Notes: generated by a model from the sequence alone, not told the origin. A stretch of DNA of 64,000 bases from a virus (IMGVR_UViG_3300042291_000844:128001-192000), one strand, 5' to 3'. Positions 18,859-27,585 are shown, counted from the stretch's first letter. Made by a program: numbers and translations.

Positions 18859-19216
18859 TTATTTTAAGGTTTAATTTTTTTGCAATTTCCATTCCGCGAT
18901 TCCACGCATCTAATTCATTTAAGAACTGACCCATCATAAATTCTTTTGGGTGGTCGGTATCATCAATGTTTTTATATGCATTACATCCAATATTAGTTGC
19001 CGGTTGTAGGACGTGACCACATTCATGCAATAGGGCATATAAACCATTATTATTTAAATCATAATTATGGTGTATTGTTATACGACGTGTAAAGTGTCCC
19101 ATAAACAAAGTAGAATCACTCAATATAACATCAACTCCCTTTGTATCAGAAATCCAATCAACTACTTTTTGAAATTGTATTGGAAACTTACGATTTTTAA
19201 ATTTATATTTACCCAT
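18782..19216 (-). CDS. HExxH zincin-like metallopeptidase (ImmA/IrrE-like)
   Basis: LLHECGH...E.DAW. Confidence 0.7.
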   Translation of the reverse strand: MGKYKFKNRKFPIQFQKVVDWISDTKGVDVILSDSTLFMGHFTRRITIHHNYDLNNNGLYALLHECGHVLQPATNIGCNAYKNIDDTDHPKEFMMGQFLNELDAWNRGMEIAKKLNLKINEKQFEKEKSEALLTYFTTTPPNFS

Positions 19217-19224
19217 AGTGTATT

Positions 19225-19668
19225 TTAATATTTTATTCCGTGTCTTTCTTCAAACTTATCTTTAACCATTTGTGCAGATTTTATATAACCTTTATCATCT
19301 AACATTTGGTATGCTAATCTATCTGCCTCAACCTCTTCTTCTGCAGAATTATTCTTTGTTAATCCATGCCCCAATATGAAGTGGGCAACTTCGTGTGCTT
19401 CAATCCATTTTAGAATATGTTTATTTAATTTTTGTTCACCATCAATTAACATCAATTTTTCAGATATATTAGCGGGTATCATAAACCCAAATCCATATGA
19501 TTCAAATAATGGTTTAACAACTGAATAACGAAAATCATCAGAGCCAATTATATTGACAATGATATCATTACCAAATTCACTTCTAAATTGTTTCGTTTTC
19601 ATAAAATAAGTTATATTCGTTTTCCTTTGCATAAGCAATAACTTCATATGGGTGAGTGTGATAATCAC
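19225..19668 (-). CDS. HExxH zincin-like protein
   Basis: AHEVAH...EEVEAD; start probably MKTKQF. Confidence 0.7.
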   Translation of the reverse strand: MIITLTHMKLLLMQRKTNITYFMKTKQFRSEFGNDIIVNIIGSDDFRYSVVKPLFESYGFGFMIPANISEKLMLIDGEQKLNKHILKWIEAHEVAHFILGHGLTKNNSAEEEVEADRLAYQMLDDKGYIKSAQMVKDKFEERHGIKY

Positions 19669-19960
19669 ATCCCATATTATAGTATCGTGTCATCCAAGCC
19701 GGAGATTGTAAATAATGTTGATATTCGTGAATAAGAGTACGAACTAAATCCTCGATAGATTTGATATTTTTCCAATATACAATCAATTCATTTTCATCAG
19801 AACAATACTCACCGATTAAATCAGGTTCGTCTGCATCTGAGTAAGGGGAATCCTCAATTGATAAGTACGGAAATGATTCTTGATATTTAGAATACCCATA
19901 GTGTTTACATATCTTATCATAGTAAACATTAACTATATTTGTAATATCTTTCTTAGTCAT
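19583..19960 (-). CDS. HExxH zincin-like protein, paralog of 45124-45528
   Basis: IHEYQHYLQSP.WMTRYY...HPYE. Confidence 0.75.
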   Translation of the reverse strand: MTKKDITNIVNVYYDKICKHYGYSKYQESFPYLSIEDSPYSDADEPDLIGEYCSDENELIVYWKNIKSIEDLVRTLIHEYQHYLQSPAWMTRYYNMGCDYHTHPYEVIAYAKENEYNLFYENETI

Positions 19961-19966
19961 ATAAAG

Positions 19967-19998
19967 CTAATATACGAACAATTATTGGTATTACCAAA
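19967..19998 (-). promoter_or_regulatory. Bacteroidota-type promoter (TTAG variant)
   Basis: TTTG-N20-TATATTAG. Confidence 0.7.
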
Positions 19999-20039
19999 TA
20001 TTTTTTGATGTTTTTTCGAACCAATTGATAATCAATTAG

Positions 20040-20762
20040 TTAGCGAGTAGGGTTACTTTTTTCCTTAAATTCTTCGTATGCATCTAATAGGGCATCTACA
20101 ACTGGGTGACGGTGGTTTGTAAGTAGAGTCTGAGAATCCATATCCTTAATTTTCTTTGCTGCGGTTACTAAGAATTTGAATCCACTATCTCCTCTATATT
20201 TTAAATCTACTTGTTGTGAATCGCCACATACTACCATCTTGCTCCTCAATCCCAAGCGAGATGTAATCATTTCCATTTGGTCATTAGTGCAGTTTTGTGC
20301 TTCATCTACAATAATGAATGCATCTAAGAAAGTTCTACCTCTCATAAATGCAAGGGGTACAATTTCAACTTCACCACTTTCTAATATTTTATCAATCTTT
20401 TCTTTATTGTATAATTGATAAAAATTGGAATAGATTGGTTGCATCCACGGCTCCATCTTTTCTCTAAGGTCACCGGGTAAGAAACCGATTTCCTCCTTAC
20501 TAACTGTCGGACGAGTAATGATAATTTTGTTTATGGATTTTTTAAAAAGTAAATCTAAAGCTACCTGGCATGCCAAAAGTGTCTTACCACTTCCAGCCTT
20601 ACCACTTAAAATGGTAATTGCATTATTTAGGATTTTATCTTTAGCTTCTTTTTGTTCTTCGTTAAGAGTTAATTGAAATTTTATTGGACTCTTAGGTCTT
20701 TGTTTTAGGTCTTTGATATTTTCTGTAATCTCTTTATGCTTTGATGATGAATTATCCGCCAT
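20040..20762 (-). CDS. phoH: PhoH-like ATPase
   Basis: GKAGSGKT, IGFLPGDL.EKM.PW, MRGRTF, DEAQN, GDSQQVDL. Confidence 0.95.
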   Translation of the reverse strand: MADNSSSKHKEITENIKDLKQRPKSPIKFQLTLNEEQKEAKDKILNNAITILSGKAGSGKTLLACQVALDLLFKKSINKIIITRPTVSKEEIGFLPGDLREKMEPWMQPIYSNFYQLYNKEKIDKILESGEVEIVPLAFMRGRTFLDAFIIVDEAQNCTNDQMEMITSRLGLRSKMVVCGDSQQVDLKYRGDSGFKFLVTAAKKIKDMDSQTLLTNHRHPVVDALLDAYEEFKEKSNPTR

Positions 20763-20781
20763 AAGTTTTTTGTTATAAAAG

Positions 20782-21141
20782 TTAAATTAATTTTCTTACC
20801 TCTTTTTTTTTCTGAATAGGTTTTCTTGTATTTTGGATGTCTTCTTTATATTTGACTATCTTTGCACATATTTCATATTCTTCCTTTTCTTGAAACCAAT
20901 TTTTACAATGGTCTAATGCTTCAATAAAATCACTCTTAGGTACGATTGAAATTGCACTAGCATTTGGATGAACTAATATAGCAACTTCACTCAATCCTTT
21001 TTTTGCTGCCCTATAAATATTTGTTGAAACTTGATTCATCACTTCGAACCCACGTTTTTCTAAAAAACGAGCAACCCTTATATTGTTATTAGGGTCTAAA
21101 TATTTTTTCCAATCAAGTGTAGTAAAAGTTCTGCTTTTCAT
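20782..21141 (-). CDS. Hypothetical with UvrB/C-like helical hairpin motif
   Basis: EKEEYEICAKI; ends RKLI. Confidence 0.55.
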   Translation of the reverse strand: MKSRTFTTLDWKKYLDPNNNIRVARFLEKRGFEVMNQVSTNIYRAAKKGLSEVAILVHPNASAISIVPKSDFIEALDHCKNWFQEKEEYEICAKIVKYKEDIQNTRKPIQKKKEVRKLI

Positions 21142-21190
21142 GATGAAATTATTAGATTACTATTAAATATCAGTTACTAAAAGTTTTAGA

Positions 21191-22117
21191 TTATCGTATG
21201 TTATAATAATCATTTCGAAATTGTATTTGTGAATTATGTCCATCGTTATAATATCCTGGCCCATAGTAATCAGTTGGGTAATATACTCCACCATTTCTAT
21301 ATCCGCCATATGAATAATCGGGTGTATAGTTAGAAGGGGTGTATGGTGGTGATGGTGGTTCTGGTGGCGATGGTTCTGATTGAGGTGGTGGTATGATATT
21401 CAAACTCTTATCTGATGGTCTTGTTATAATTATTTCTTTAGGTTTAAGAGTATCAGATGTTATTGCAATTGCAAATTCTTTATCATTAAGTGTTTGTTTT
21501 AGGTAATCACTCCACCCCATACCAAAAGTTCCTTGTGGGTCATGAGTAGTTATATAAGTACCAATCCCGTCAATTGGATATATAGGGTCACTAATTATTT
21601 TACCTGATTCAGTATTTCTAAATCCATCAGTAAAGACTACCAACCATTGAATATGTAACAACATTTCTTCAATTGTTGCAATCGTTTTTATAACTTTTGT
21701 TTCTGAATAAAGTTCTCCTATTGATAATTTATTTATCCTGTGATGGTTTTTTAATTCACCATAATCCATTGGTATTATTGGAACTGTAAATTTATTAAAA
21801 TATGGGTTACCATCTTCTTTTGCTTTTAATAATTTTTCTTTAAAAGGGTCGGATGTCCATTCTTCTACAAACCCTTCTTCCTCATCGTAAAATTGAACAA
21901 TAAAATTAAAATCAACATATGGATATAGATTAGGGTCTAATACATTTAATTTATCAAGTGGATATGTTTTAAAATCAAGATAATTAGTTGTTCTATCTTT
22001 TCCATATTTACGCACGTATCCTTCCTCCTTTGAATAAAATGTTTTTATATTATTCAAATCGGTGGTTGTTTGTGCCGGATAAGTGTTTCGTAAATTTTCT
22101 AATCGAGTATAATCCAT
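21191..22117 (-). CDS. Hypothetical with Pro-rich and Tyr/Gly-rich C-terminus
   Basis: PPPQSEPSPPEPPSPPYTP...YGGY; ATATTTATAG motif at 22121-22129. Confidence 0.6.
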   Translation of the reverse strand: MDYTRLENLRNTYPAQTTTDLNNIKTFYSKEEGYVRKYGKDRTTNYLDFKTYPLDKLNVLDPNLYPYVDFNFIVQFYDEEEGFVEEWTSDPFKEKLLKAKEDGNPYFNKFTVPIIPMDYGELKNHHRINKLSIGELYSETKVIKTIATIEEMLLHIQWLVVFTDGFRNTESGKIISDPIYPIDGIGTYITTHDPQGTFGMGWSDYLKQTLNDKEFAIAITSDTLKPKEIIITRPSDKSLNIIPPPQSEPSPPEPPSPPYTPSNYTPDYSYGGYRNGGVYYPTDYYGPGYYNDGHNSQIQFRNDYYNIR

Positions 22118-22145
22118 ATCTATAAATATGGATATATCAAAAATA

Positions 22146-22355
22146 TTATTGTGGAGGGTCTTCTACTATTTCTGCTTCTTCGATTGTTCTGCAGAAAATA
22201 TAGGTAGCATTTTTTGTTCTAAACGCGGAATCACAATTTAACCATTCCTTTATTGGGGCAACATCAGGTATTCGCTCGATTGGGTATTCTGCTACAACTT
22301 GATATAGATTATCATTTATTTTTTGTATGGGAAAGGGTATTCCTGAGTTACGCAT
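22146..22355 (-). CDS. Hypothetical protein
   Basis: ORF track. Confidence 0.55.
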   Translation of the reverse strand: MRNSGIPFPIQKINDNLYQVVAEYPIERIPDVAPIKEWLNCDSAFRTKNATYIFCRTIEEAEIVEDPPQ

Positions 22356-22545
22356 TATTTATTGTATTCTTTGAATCCAACGATAACAACCATTACCAAC
22401 ATCAATGCACCAAATATTTCTAATAGAGATGCTTGATTAGTTGGGTGGAGGTGTCCATCATATACATATACTGCTAGGGTTAGCAATAGTATAGTAAGGA
22501 TTCCTTTTAAGTAATTTGAAAATGATTCGTTCATAATTTATAATT

Positions 22546-23661
22546 TTAATGTGAATCTTCTACATTATGTTTTTCTGCAAAGATTAAATAATCTGGGTTA
22601 ATAACTTTTGCAATCTTTTGTCTTTCGCCGGTTTGGTGTTTGATTACAATTCCTTCCTCTGGTACTTTTGTATTTGGAATAAAATTATTGAATGTGTATT
22701 TATCTTGTACTTCTTGTGACCAACTTCCGTAGTGTAAAATTTCTACATAAGGTAATTCCAAAATATCTTTAATCAGTAACCTAGCATTAATAACACTTAA
22801 ATACTCACTATTCTCTTTTACATCGAATCCTACGAACTTAATCTCCGTTAACCCATAATCATATCCCTTTTGGATTCCCGCTCCGTAAATCTCACCATAT
22901 AAGGTAATACCATCACCAATCTCCGGCTCCATTGTATTACTCTTAACATAATCCCACAACTTATTTTTGATATCGTATTTCCTTTCAATATCATACCAAA
23001 CATTGGTATCATAGAATCCTTGAGAATCAGAGCCTTTCTCTACATTATGTGAACCAACTACAAATTCATATTCAGTCCATTTGTTACCAAACAACTTTTT
23101 AATTCTATCTAATATAGATAATTTAGTTTTCTTAACAATACCATAACGAGCATTTGTTCCGTGAATCTTACGAGTAATTTCCACAGTGTCATCTTCAGTA
23201 AACATTCCCGGTACATTTTTTAAGTTAGGAAACTTATAGTAGACATGAAAGTGTGGGTTATCTTGATAACGAATCTTTCTACCACTTGCTAATTGAACCA
23301 TTTTAACTGGTGGTTCATATTTGTAAATACCTAAATAATCCATCATATCATCACCTTCACTAACGATTGGTGTTAACGTATATGGAATAATTAAAGATTC
23401 ACTATAAACTCCTCTTAACTTAACAGTTCTAACCCTACCACCATTACGAAGATAATTGGTTACTCCTAATTTTTCGGATAAATCAAATGGAATTACCGCA
23501 TCGGTTGTTGCACATATTACTAACTCACCAACATTATGAGCATCTTTTTTTACTATACAATTCCAACCACCAACTACTGCTAATTCAATATTATCAGCTC
23601 CTTCGATTGGTTTGATTTCATTTATTGTTGCAACGTAGCAAACTGAATTATTATTTTCCAT
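22546..23661 (-). CDS. RNA ligase (DRB0094/Rnl2-like, N-terminal OB-like domain)
   Basis: I..I.PIEGADNIE; motif I KIHGTN; YGEIYG; FDV; EGIV; AKVI. Confidence 0.9.
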   Translation of the reverse strand: MENNNSVCYVATINEIKPIEGADNIELAVVGGWNCIVKKDAHNVGELVICATTDAVIPFDLSEKLGVTNYLRNGGRVRTVKLRGVYSESLIIPYTLTPIVSEGDDMMDYLGIYKYEPPVKMVQLASGRKIRYQDNPHFHVYYKFPNLKNVPGMFTEDDTVEITRKIHGTNARYGIVKKTKLSILDRIKKLFGNKWTEYEFVVGSHNVEKGSDSQGFYDTNVWYDIERKYDIKNKLWDYVKSNTMEPEIGDGITLYGEIYGAGIQKGYDYGLTEIKFVGFDVKENSEYLSVINARLLIKDILELPYVEILHYGSWSQEVQDKYTFNNFIPNTKVPEEGIVIKHQTGERQKIAKVINPDYLIFAEKHNVEDSH

Positions 23662-23665
23662 CTTC

Positions 23666-24178
23666 TTATAATTTTACTTCAAATCTATTTTTCATTTGTT
23701 CTAACTTTTCAGCAGGAACTCCATGTTGATTTACTCCACCATGTCTATTCTCTACAATAATAGTAAATACCATATAACCATACTTTTCAGCTAACTTAAA
23801 ATATTCTTCCATCTCCCATTCTTGAGTAAATGTATTTGATACTACAATCTCTGGATAGAATTGTGGATTGACTTCGTTATCTTTCATACGAATTTCGACT
23901 TGTTCTTTACACCACTTATGTGCATCTTTTATTTTAGAACCATCAAAATTATAGTTTCCTTCTTTATTATAAAAGAATTTATCTGCTTCACAAATTGCAT
24001 ATTCGTTCCAAATGAAACCTGCTAATGTTGATTTACCACTTCCCGGCAAACCCCTTACTAATGTTAATATTTTTGGTATCATATATTTTATTTCTTGTTT
24101 ATCAATAAACTCTTTTATAGCTTGTCGTTTTTCATCATTGAATACATCTTCCAATTTAATTTCTTGTTTAGTTTCCAT
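23666..24178 (-). CDS. P-loop kinase (polynucleotide kinase/AAA_33-like)
   Basis: RGLPGSGKST, EAD.FF, VSNTF, HGVP. Confidence 0.85.
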   Translation of the reverse strand: METKQEIKLEDVFNDEKRQAIKEFIDKQEIKYMIPKILTLVRGLPGSGKSTLAGFIWNEYAICEADKFFYNKEGNYNFDGSKIKDAHKWCKEQVEIRMKDNEVNPQFYPEIVVSNTFTQEWEMEEYFKLAEKYGYMVFTIIVENRHGGVNQHGVPAEKLEQMKNRFEVKL

Positions 24179-24184
24179 ACCATT

Positions 24185-24838
24185 TTATCTATAATTTTCA
24201 ACTATTTCGTGGTGGTCAAATGTAAACATACTTTTGATTGGTTGTTTATTCATCAATCTTAATATCTCACTCATTTCAATTGGATACAATTCGTTTCCAT
24301 CACATCCCACATCCATCATTTTACCCGAACCAATTCGTTTATCAGCCGGAAAGTGAACGTGTCCATGCAAATGGATAGCTCCCCTAGCCATATTATCCCA
24401 ACTTGCTATTGGAAAGTGCATTAGAGCGAATCTTTGTTCTCCCATTAAAGGAGTCCCTACATTCCACTTAACAACTAAGTTTAAGTATTTGTTTACGGAA
24501 CTAAATAACTTTTGACAACCTTCTTTATCACTTTCAATGTGATGGTCGTGGTTACCGGTAATGATGTGAACATTTTTACAAAAAATGCTATCTCTGAATT
24601 TTTGTATTTGTTCGAATCCTCCAAAACTCCAATCACCTAAATGGAAAAGGATATCATCCTGTTCAACCTTTTCGTTGATGTTAGCAATAAGGTGTGAGTT
24701 CATTTGTTCCAATGATATGAATTCTCTACACGTTACGGGGTCTGACCATTGGGTTGTAGATGAGCATATATTAGCATGGTTGTAGTGGGTATCACTTGTG
24801 AACCATAACCTTTGTCCTTTGTTTAGATTTAATTTCAT
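24185..24838 (-). CDS. Calcineurin-like metallophosphoesterase
   Basis: SDTHYNH, LGD, GNHD, HFP, HGHVH, DVG.D. Confidence 0.9.
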   Translation of the reverse strand: MKLNLNKGQRLWFTSDTHYNHANICSSTTQWSDPVTCREFISLEQMNSHLIANINEKVEQDDILFHLGDWSFGGFEQIQKFRDSIFCKNVHIITGNHDHHIESDKEGCQKLFSSVNKYLNLVVKWNVGTPLMGEQRFALMHFPIASWDNMARGAIHLHGHVHFPADKRIGSGKMMDVGCDGNELYPIEMSEILRLMNKQPIKSMFTFDHHEIVENYR

Positions 24839-24854
24839 AACCTTTTCTTATAAC

Positions 24855-24886
24855 CAAATATACAAAAAAAACCTCACATTACCAAA
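24855..24886 (-). promoter_or_regulatory. Bacteroidota-type promoter overlapping a terminator hairpin
   Basis: TTTG-N20-TATATTTG overlapping AAAAAACCTCA...TGAGGTTTTTT. Confidence 0.7.
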
Positions 24887-24908
24887 TAATTTATGAGGTT
24901 TTTTATAG

Positions 24909-24982
24909 TGGACCAGATAGGATTCGAACCTATGACCTCAACATTATGAGTGTTTTGCTCTAACCAACTGAGCTACAAGTCC
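24909..24982 (-). tRNA. tRNA-CAT (Ile2-like or Met)
   Basis: Cloverleaf, loop CTCATAA, Ile2-like 5' arm. Confidence 0.85.
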
Positions 24983-25035
24983 ATTATCGTTTAATCTAAC
25001 GATAAAATCTGATATCGTTTCTTTCAACGATAAAA

Positions 25036-25063
25036 AATAAGCAGGTGTGGAATCACCTACTTA
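25036..25063 (-). terminator. Intrinsic terminator-like hairpin
   Basis: TAAGTAGGTG...CACCTGCTTA then T tract. Confidence 0.55.
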
Positions 25064-25120
25064 TATAGTGAATGAGAAACATATGAATCTCTTGCGGCTA
25101 TATCACCAAAGCCCATAAGG

Positions 25121-25234
25121 TGCCGGAGGAAGGATTGGTTACCTACACGATTTCCTTACGGAGTAATCAACTTTTTACAAAGTCACGTCTCAAGGTTTAC
25201 TACCCAAAGGGAATGCTCTTTCCGCCACTCCGGC
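25121..25234 (-). ncRNA. Aberrant tRNA-like RNA (114 nt)
   Basis: Perfect GCCGGAG/CTCCGGC acceptor stem, expanded D region, GTA-containing hairpin, non-canonical T loop. Confidence 0.55.
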
Positions 25235-25250
25235 ATATATCTTTTTTTTG

Positions 25251-25324
25251 TGGAGGATATCGGAGTCGAACCGATGACCCTCTGCGTGCAAGGCAGATGC
25301 TCTAGCCAACTGAGCTAACCCCCC
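25251..25324 (-). tRNA. tRNA-Ala(TGC)
   Basis: Cloverleaf, G3:U70. Confidence 0.95.
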
Positions 25325-25337
25325 ATAAAATTTAACG

Positions 25338-25423
25338 TACCAGAGGTGGGAGTCGAACCCACACGAGCGATTTATGCTCAATAGATTTTAAGTCTATCGT
25401 GTCTACCATTCCACCACTCCGGC
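25338..25423 (-). tRNA. tRNA-Leu(TAA)
   Basis: Class II cloverleaf. Confidence 0.95.
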
Positions 25424-25439
25424 ATTTATTCTAATTATC

Positions 25440-25874
25440 CTAATTTAGTTTACTTAATATTACCCCATTAAGTTTAGTATGATTATCATCTGGATTTATT
25501 AATATATCGATTTTATTTTTCCATCGCGGATTCATTAAATCCCTAACGTAGTAAACTCCATTGTATTTTCCAGCATTTGACACTCTTACTTTTTCACCAA
25601 ATTTAAATTTCTTTTTTATATCTCTACTTACTGCAATCACTCTATGTTTTTTAGGATTATCCTCATCTAATTCAAAGCCACTAGCCGTTTCTAACGGAGT
25701 ATCATCAGTTTGTAAAGGGTCAATTGTATATGTAGTCATCGTAACAACAAATTTCTTAATTTCCTTAACAACCTCTTCCTTTACCATAGTTTCGATTTTG
25801 AATGGATTGGGTGGGGTTACATTTGATGGTAGGATTACCGCAGTAATTAATAATATCAATATTAATCTTTTCAT
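25440..25874 (-). CDS. 3D-domain (MltA-like) secreted protein
   Basis: Signal peptide; T.Y...QTDDTP..TASG; IAVSRD; V.D; IDI. Confidence 0.8.
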   Translation of the reverse strand: MKRLILILLITAVILPSNVTPPNPFKIETMVKEEVVKEIKKFVVTMTTYTIDPLQTDDTPLETASGFELDEDNPKKHRVIAVSRDIKKKFKFGEKVRVSNAGKYNGVYYVRDLMNPRWKNKIDILINPDDNHTKLNGVILSKLN

Positions 25875-25913
25875 AATTTACATTTATGGTTAATAATAAC
25901 TATTACACTTTTG

Positions 25914-25987
25914 TGATTCGGAAAGGATTCGAACCTTTGGCCTATTCATTAGAAGTGAATTGCTCTATCCAACTGAGCTACCGAACC
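25914..25987 (-). tRNA. tRNA-Arg(TCT)
   Basis: Cloverleaf. Confidence 0.95.
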
Positions 25988-25991
25988 ATTG

Positions 25992-26065
25992 CGGACTGTA
26001 CGGGACTCGAACCCGTGAACTCCACCGTGACAGGGTGGCATGATAACCAACTTCACCAACAATCC
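25992..26065 (-). tRNA. tRNA-Asp(GTC)
   Basis: Cloverleaf, G73. Confidence 0.95.
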
Positions 26066-26183
26066 AAATTTTCGGAACTTATGGATTTTCGCCACCAAAA
26101 TCTCTTTTCTCAATTGGCCTCATTGAGTGAGTGTTATCGCGTAATTCGTCATTCCTAATCTAAGGTAATTAATCTTAGATTTG

Positions 26184-26256
26184 AGCCTCCTATCGGAATC
26201 GAACCAATGACCTACTGATTACAAATCAGTTGCTCTACCTGCTGAGCTAAGGAGGC
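26184..26256 (-). tRNA. tRNA-Thr(TGT)
   Basis: Cloverleaf. Confidence 0.95.
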
Positions 26257-26265
26257 TTATGTTTG

Positions 26266-26337
26266 TACTCCCAACGGGATTCGAACCCGTATTACTACCG
26301 TGAAAGGGTAGTGACCTAACCATTAGTCGATAGGAGC
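26266..26337 (-). tRNA. tRNA-Glu(TTC)
   Basis: Cloverleaf. Confidence 0.95.
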
Positions 26338-26356
26338 ATATAATTTTATAACAATG

Positions 26357-26388
26357 TAAAGATACGAAGAATATTCCACATATCCAAA
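26357..26388 (-). promoter_or_regulatory. Bacteroidota-type promoter inside the tRNA array
   Basis: TTTG-N20-TATCTTTA. Confidence 0.7.
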
Positions 26389-26389
26389 T

Positions 26390-26851
26390 TTAATTGTGTA
26401 TTTTTACTAAGTGGTCAGCAGCATAAGTTGCTATTGGCCCTAATGATTTATATCTTACTGAATACCCCATACCTTCAACCATACCCACTGCTTGTCTAAA
26501 CACTTCGTTAGATTTAAAGCGTGGGTCTGGGTTCAAGTCAATATCAATCCACTTAGGTTTTGGAATACCAGCCTCGCGTAATTCTTCGGCAGTTTCAATT
26601 GCAAACCAAACTTCTTGTAATAATCTAACTGAACGGATTCTTTCTCTTTCACTATTCCATCTTCTATACAATACATGTGCACCCTTTCCTTTTCTATATA
26701 AGGCAACTACGATTGCATAAATAGTTTTGTTACCTGAATTTTGTGAATCACAACCAATTAAGATTTCTGCATCGGTATTCGTAATCATATATTCTTTGAT
26801 ATATGAAATCAATTCCACTTCTTCTGCCGTATACAATTTTTTATAAACCAT
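26390..26851 (-). CDS. RNase H-like YkuK/DUF458 family protein
   Basis: IGCDSQ, RL..EV..AI..A, IDIDLN, K......AADH. Confidence 0.85.
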   Translation of the reverse strand: MVYKKLYTAEEVELISYIKEYMITNTDAEILIGCDSQNSGNKTIYAIVVALYRKGKGAHVLYRRWNSERERIRSVRLLQEVWFAIETAEELREAGIPKPKWIDIDLNPDPRFKSNEVFRQAVGMVEGMGYSVRYKSLGPIATYAADHLVKIHN

Positions 26852-26871
26852 AATTTTACCTTTTTATTTTG

Positions 26872-26946
26872 TACCCATAGTAGGACTCGAACCTACAATT
26901 GTGTGGTGTCTAAAGCCACTGCGTATTCCAATTCCGCCATACGGGT
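26872..26946 (-). tRNA. tRNA-Leu(TAG) with short variable region
   Basis: Leu-type D arm, loop TTTAGAC, about 6 nt variable loop. Confidence 0.75.
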
Positions 26947-26955
26947 ATATTTCAG

Positions 26956-27041
26956 CAGAGAGTGAGGGGCTCGAACCCTCGCGGCTTTAACACCCTAACG
27001 ATTTAGCAAACCGTCCCCTTCACCAACTTGGGTAACTCTCT
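26956..27041 (-). tRNA. tRNA-Ser(GCT)
   Basis: Class II cloverleaf, G73. Confidence 0.95.
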
Positions 27042-27043
27042 AT

Positions 27044-27120
27044 TGGGGTGATTAATGGGATTCGAACCCATACTATCAGTACCACAAACTGACGTGCTGA
27101 CCATTAACACTATAAACACC
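27044..27120 (-). tRNA. tRNA-His(GTG)
   Basis: G-1:C73, CCA encoded. Confidence 0.95.
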
Positions 27121-27126
27121 ATATGT

Positions 27127-27195
27127 TGCGTGTTTGAGGTTTGAACTCAATTGGTCATCCTTATGAGAGATAACTCTTTTCCACTAAGCCACGCA
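27127..27195 (-). tRNA. Divergent tRNA-CAT (Met-like)
   Basis: Loop CTCATAA, good T arm, weak D arm. Confidence 0.55.
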
Positions 27196-27200
27196 ATGTG

Positions 27201-27272
27201 AGGCGGGTATTGGATTCGAACCAATGTTAAAGGTTTTGCAGACCTCCTCCTAACCACTCGAGACAACTCGCC
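27201..27272 (-). tRNA. tRNA-Cys(GCA)
   Basis: Cloverleaf, U73. Confidence 0.95.
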
Positions 27273-27337
27273 ATTATTTGTTGTTCACTTTTTTTGTTTG
27301 TTCACCGATAGTGAACACTCTAAATTTGTGAACATTG

Positions 27338-27410
27338 TAGTTCCATAAGGACTCGAACCCTAACTTTTTCATCCGTAGTGAAAGGTGCTATCCAATTACA
27401 CCATAGAACT
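27338..27410 (-). tRNA. tRNA-Arg(ACG)
   Basis: Cloverleaf. Confidence 0.9.
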
Positions 27411-27416
27411 ATTTTG

Positions 27417-27487
27417 CACCCCCTGAAAGATTCGAACTTTCATCTGCGGTTTTGGAGACCGATATGCTACCATTGCACCAAAGAGAT
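27417..27487 (-). tRNA. tRNA-Trp(CCA)
   Basis: Cloverleaf. Confidence 0.9.
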
Positions 27488-27585
27488 AATTAATCAAGAA
27501 GATAGCCAGAAATTAGTGACGTCAAATCTCTTTAAGCTATATGAACTATCTTCTTGTTAGGATTGGTTAATTACTCCAATCTTCG

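Noticed and set aside
25120-25381. ORFs 25120-25305 and 25190-25381; also 27378-27560 and 27654-27839
   Set aside because: They overlap tRNA genes.
26872-26946. Amber suppressor tRNA
   Set aside because: Anticodon TAG reads CTA (Leu); a suppressor would need anticodon CTA.
27279-27335. Nested TGTTCAC/GTGAACA inverted repeats
   Set aside because: Adequately explained as a tRNA spacer hairpin; single occurrence.
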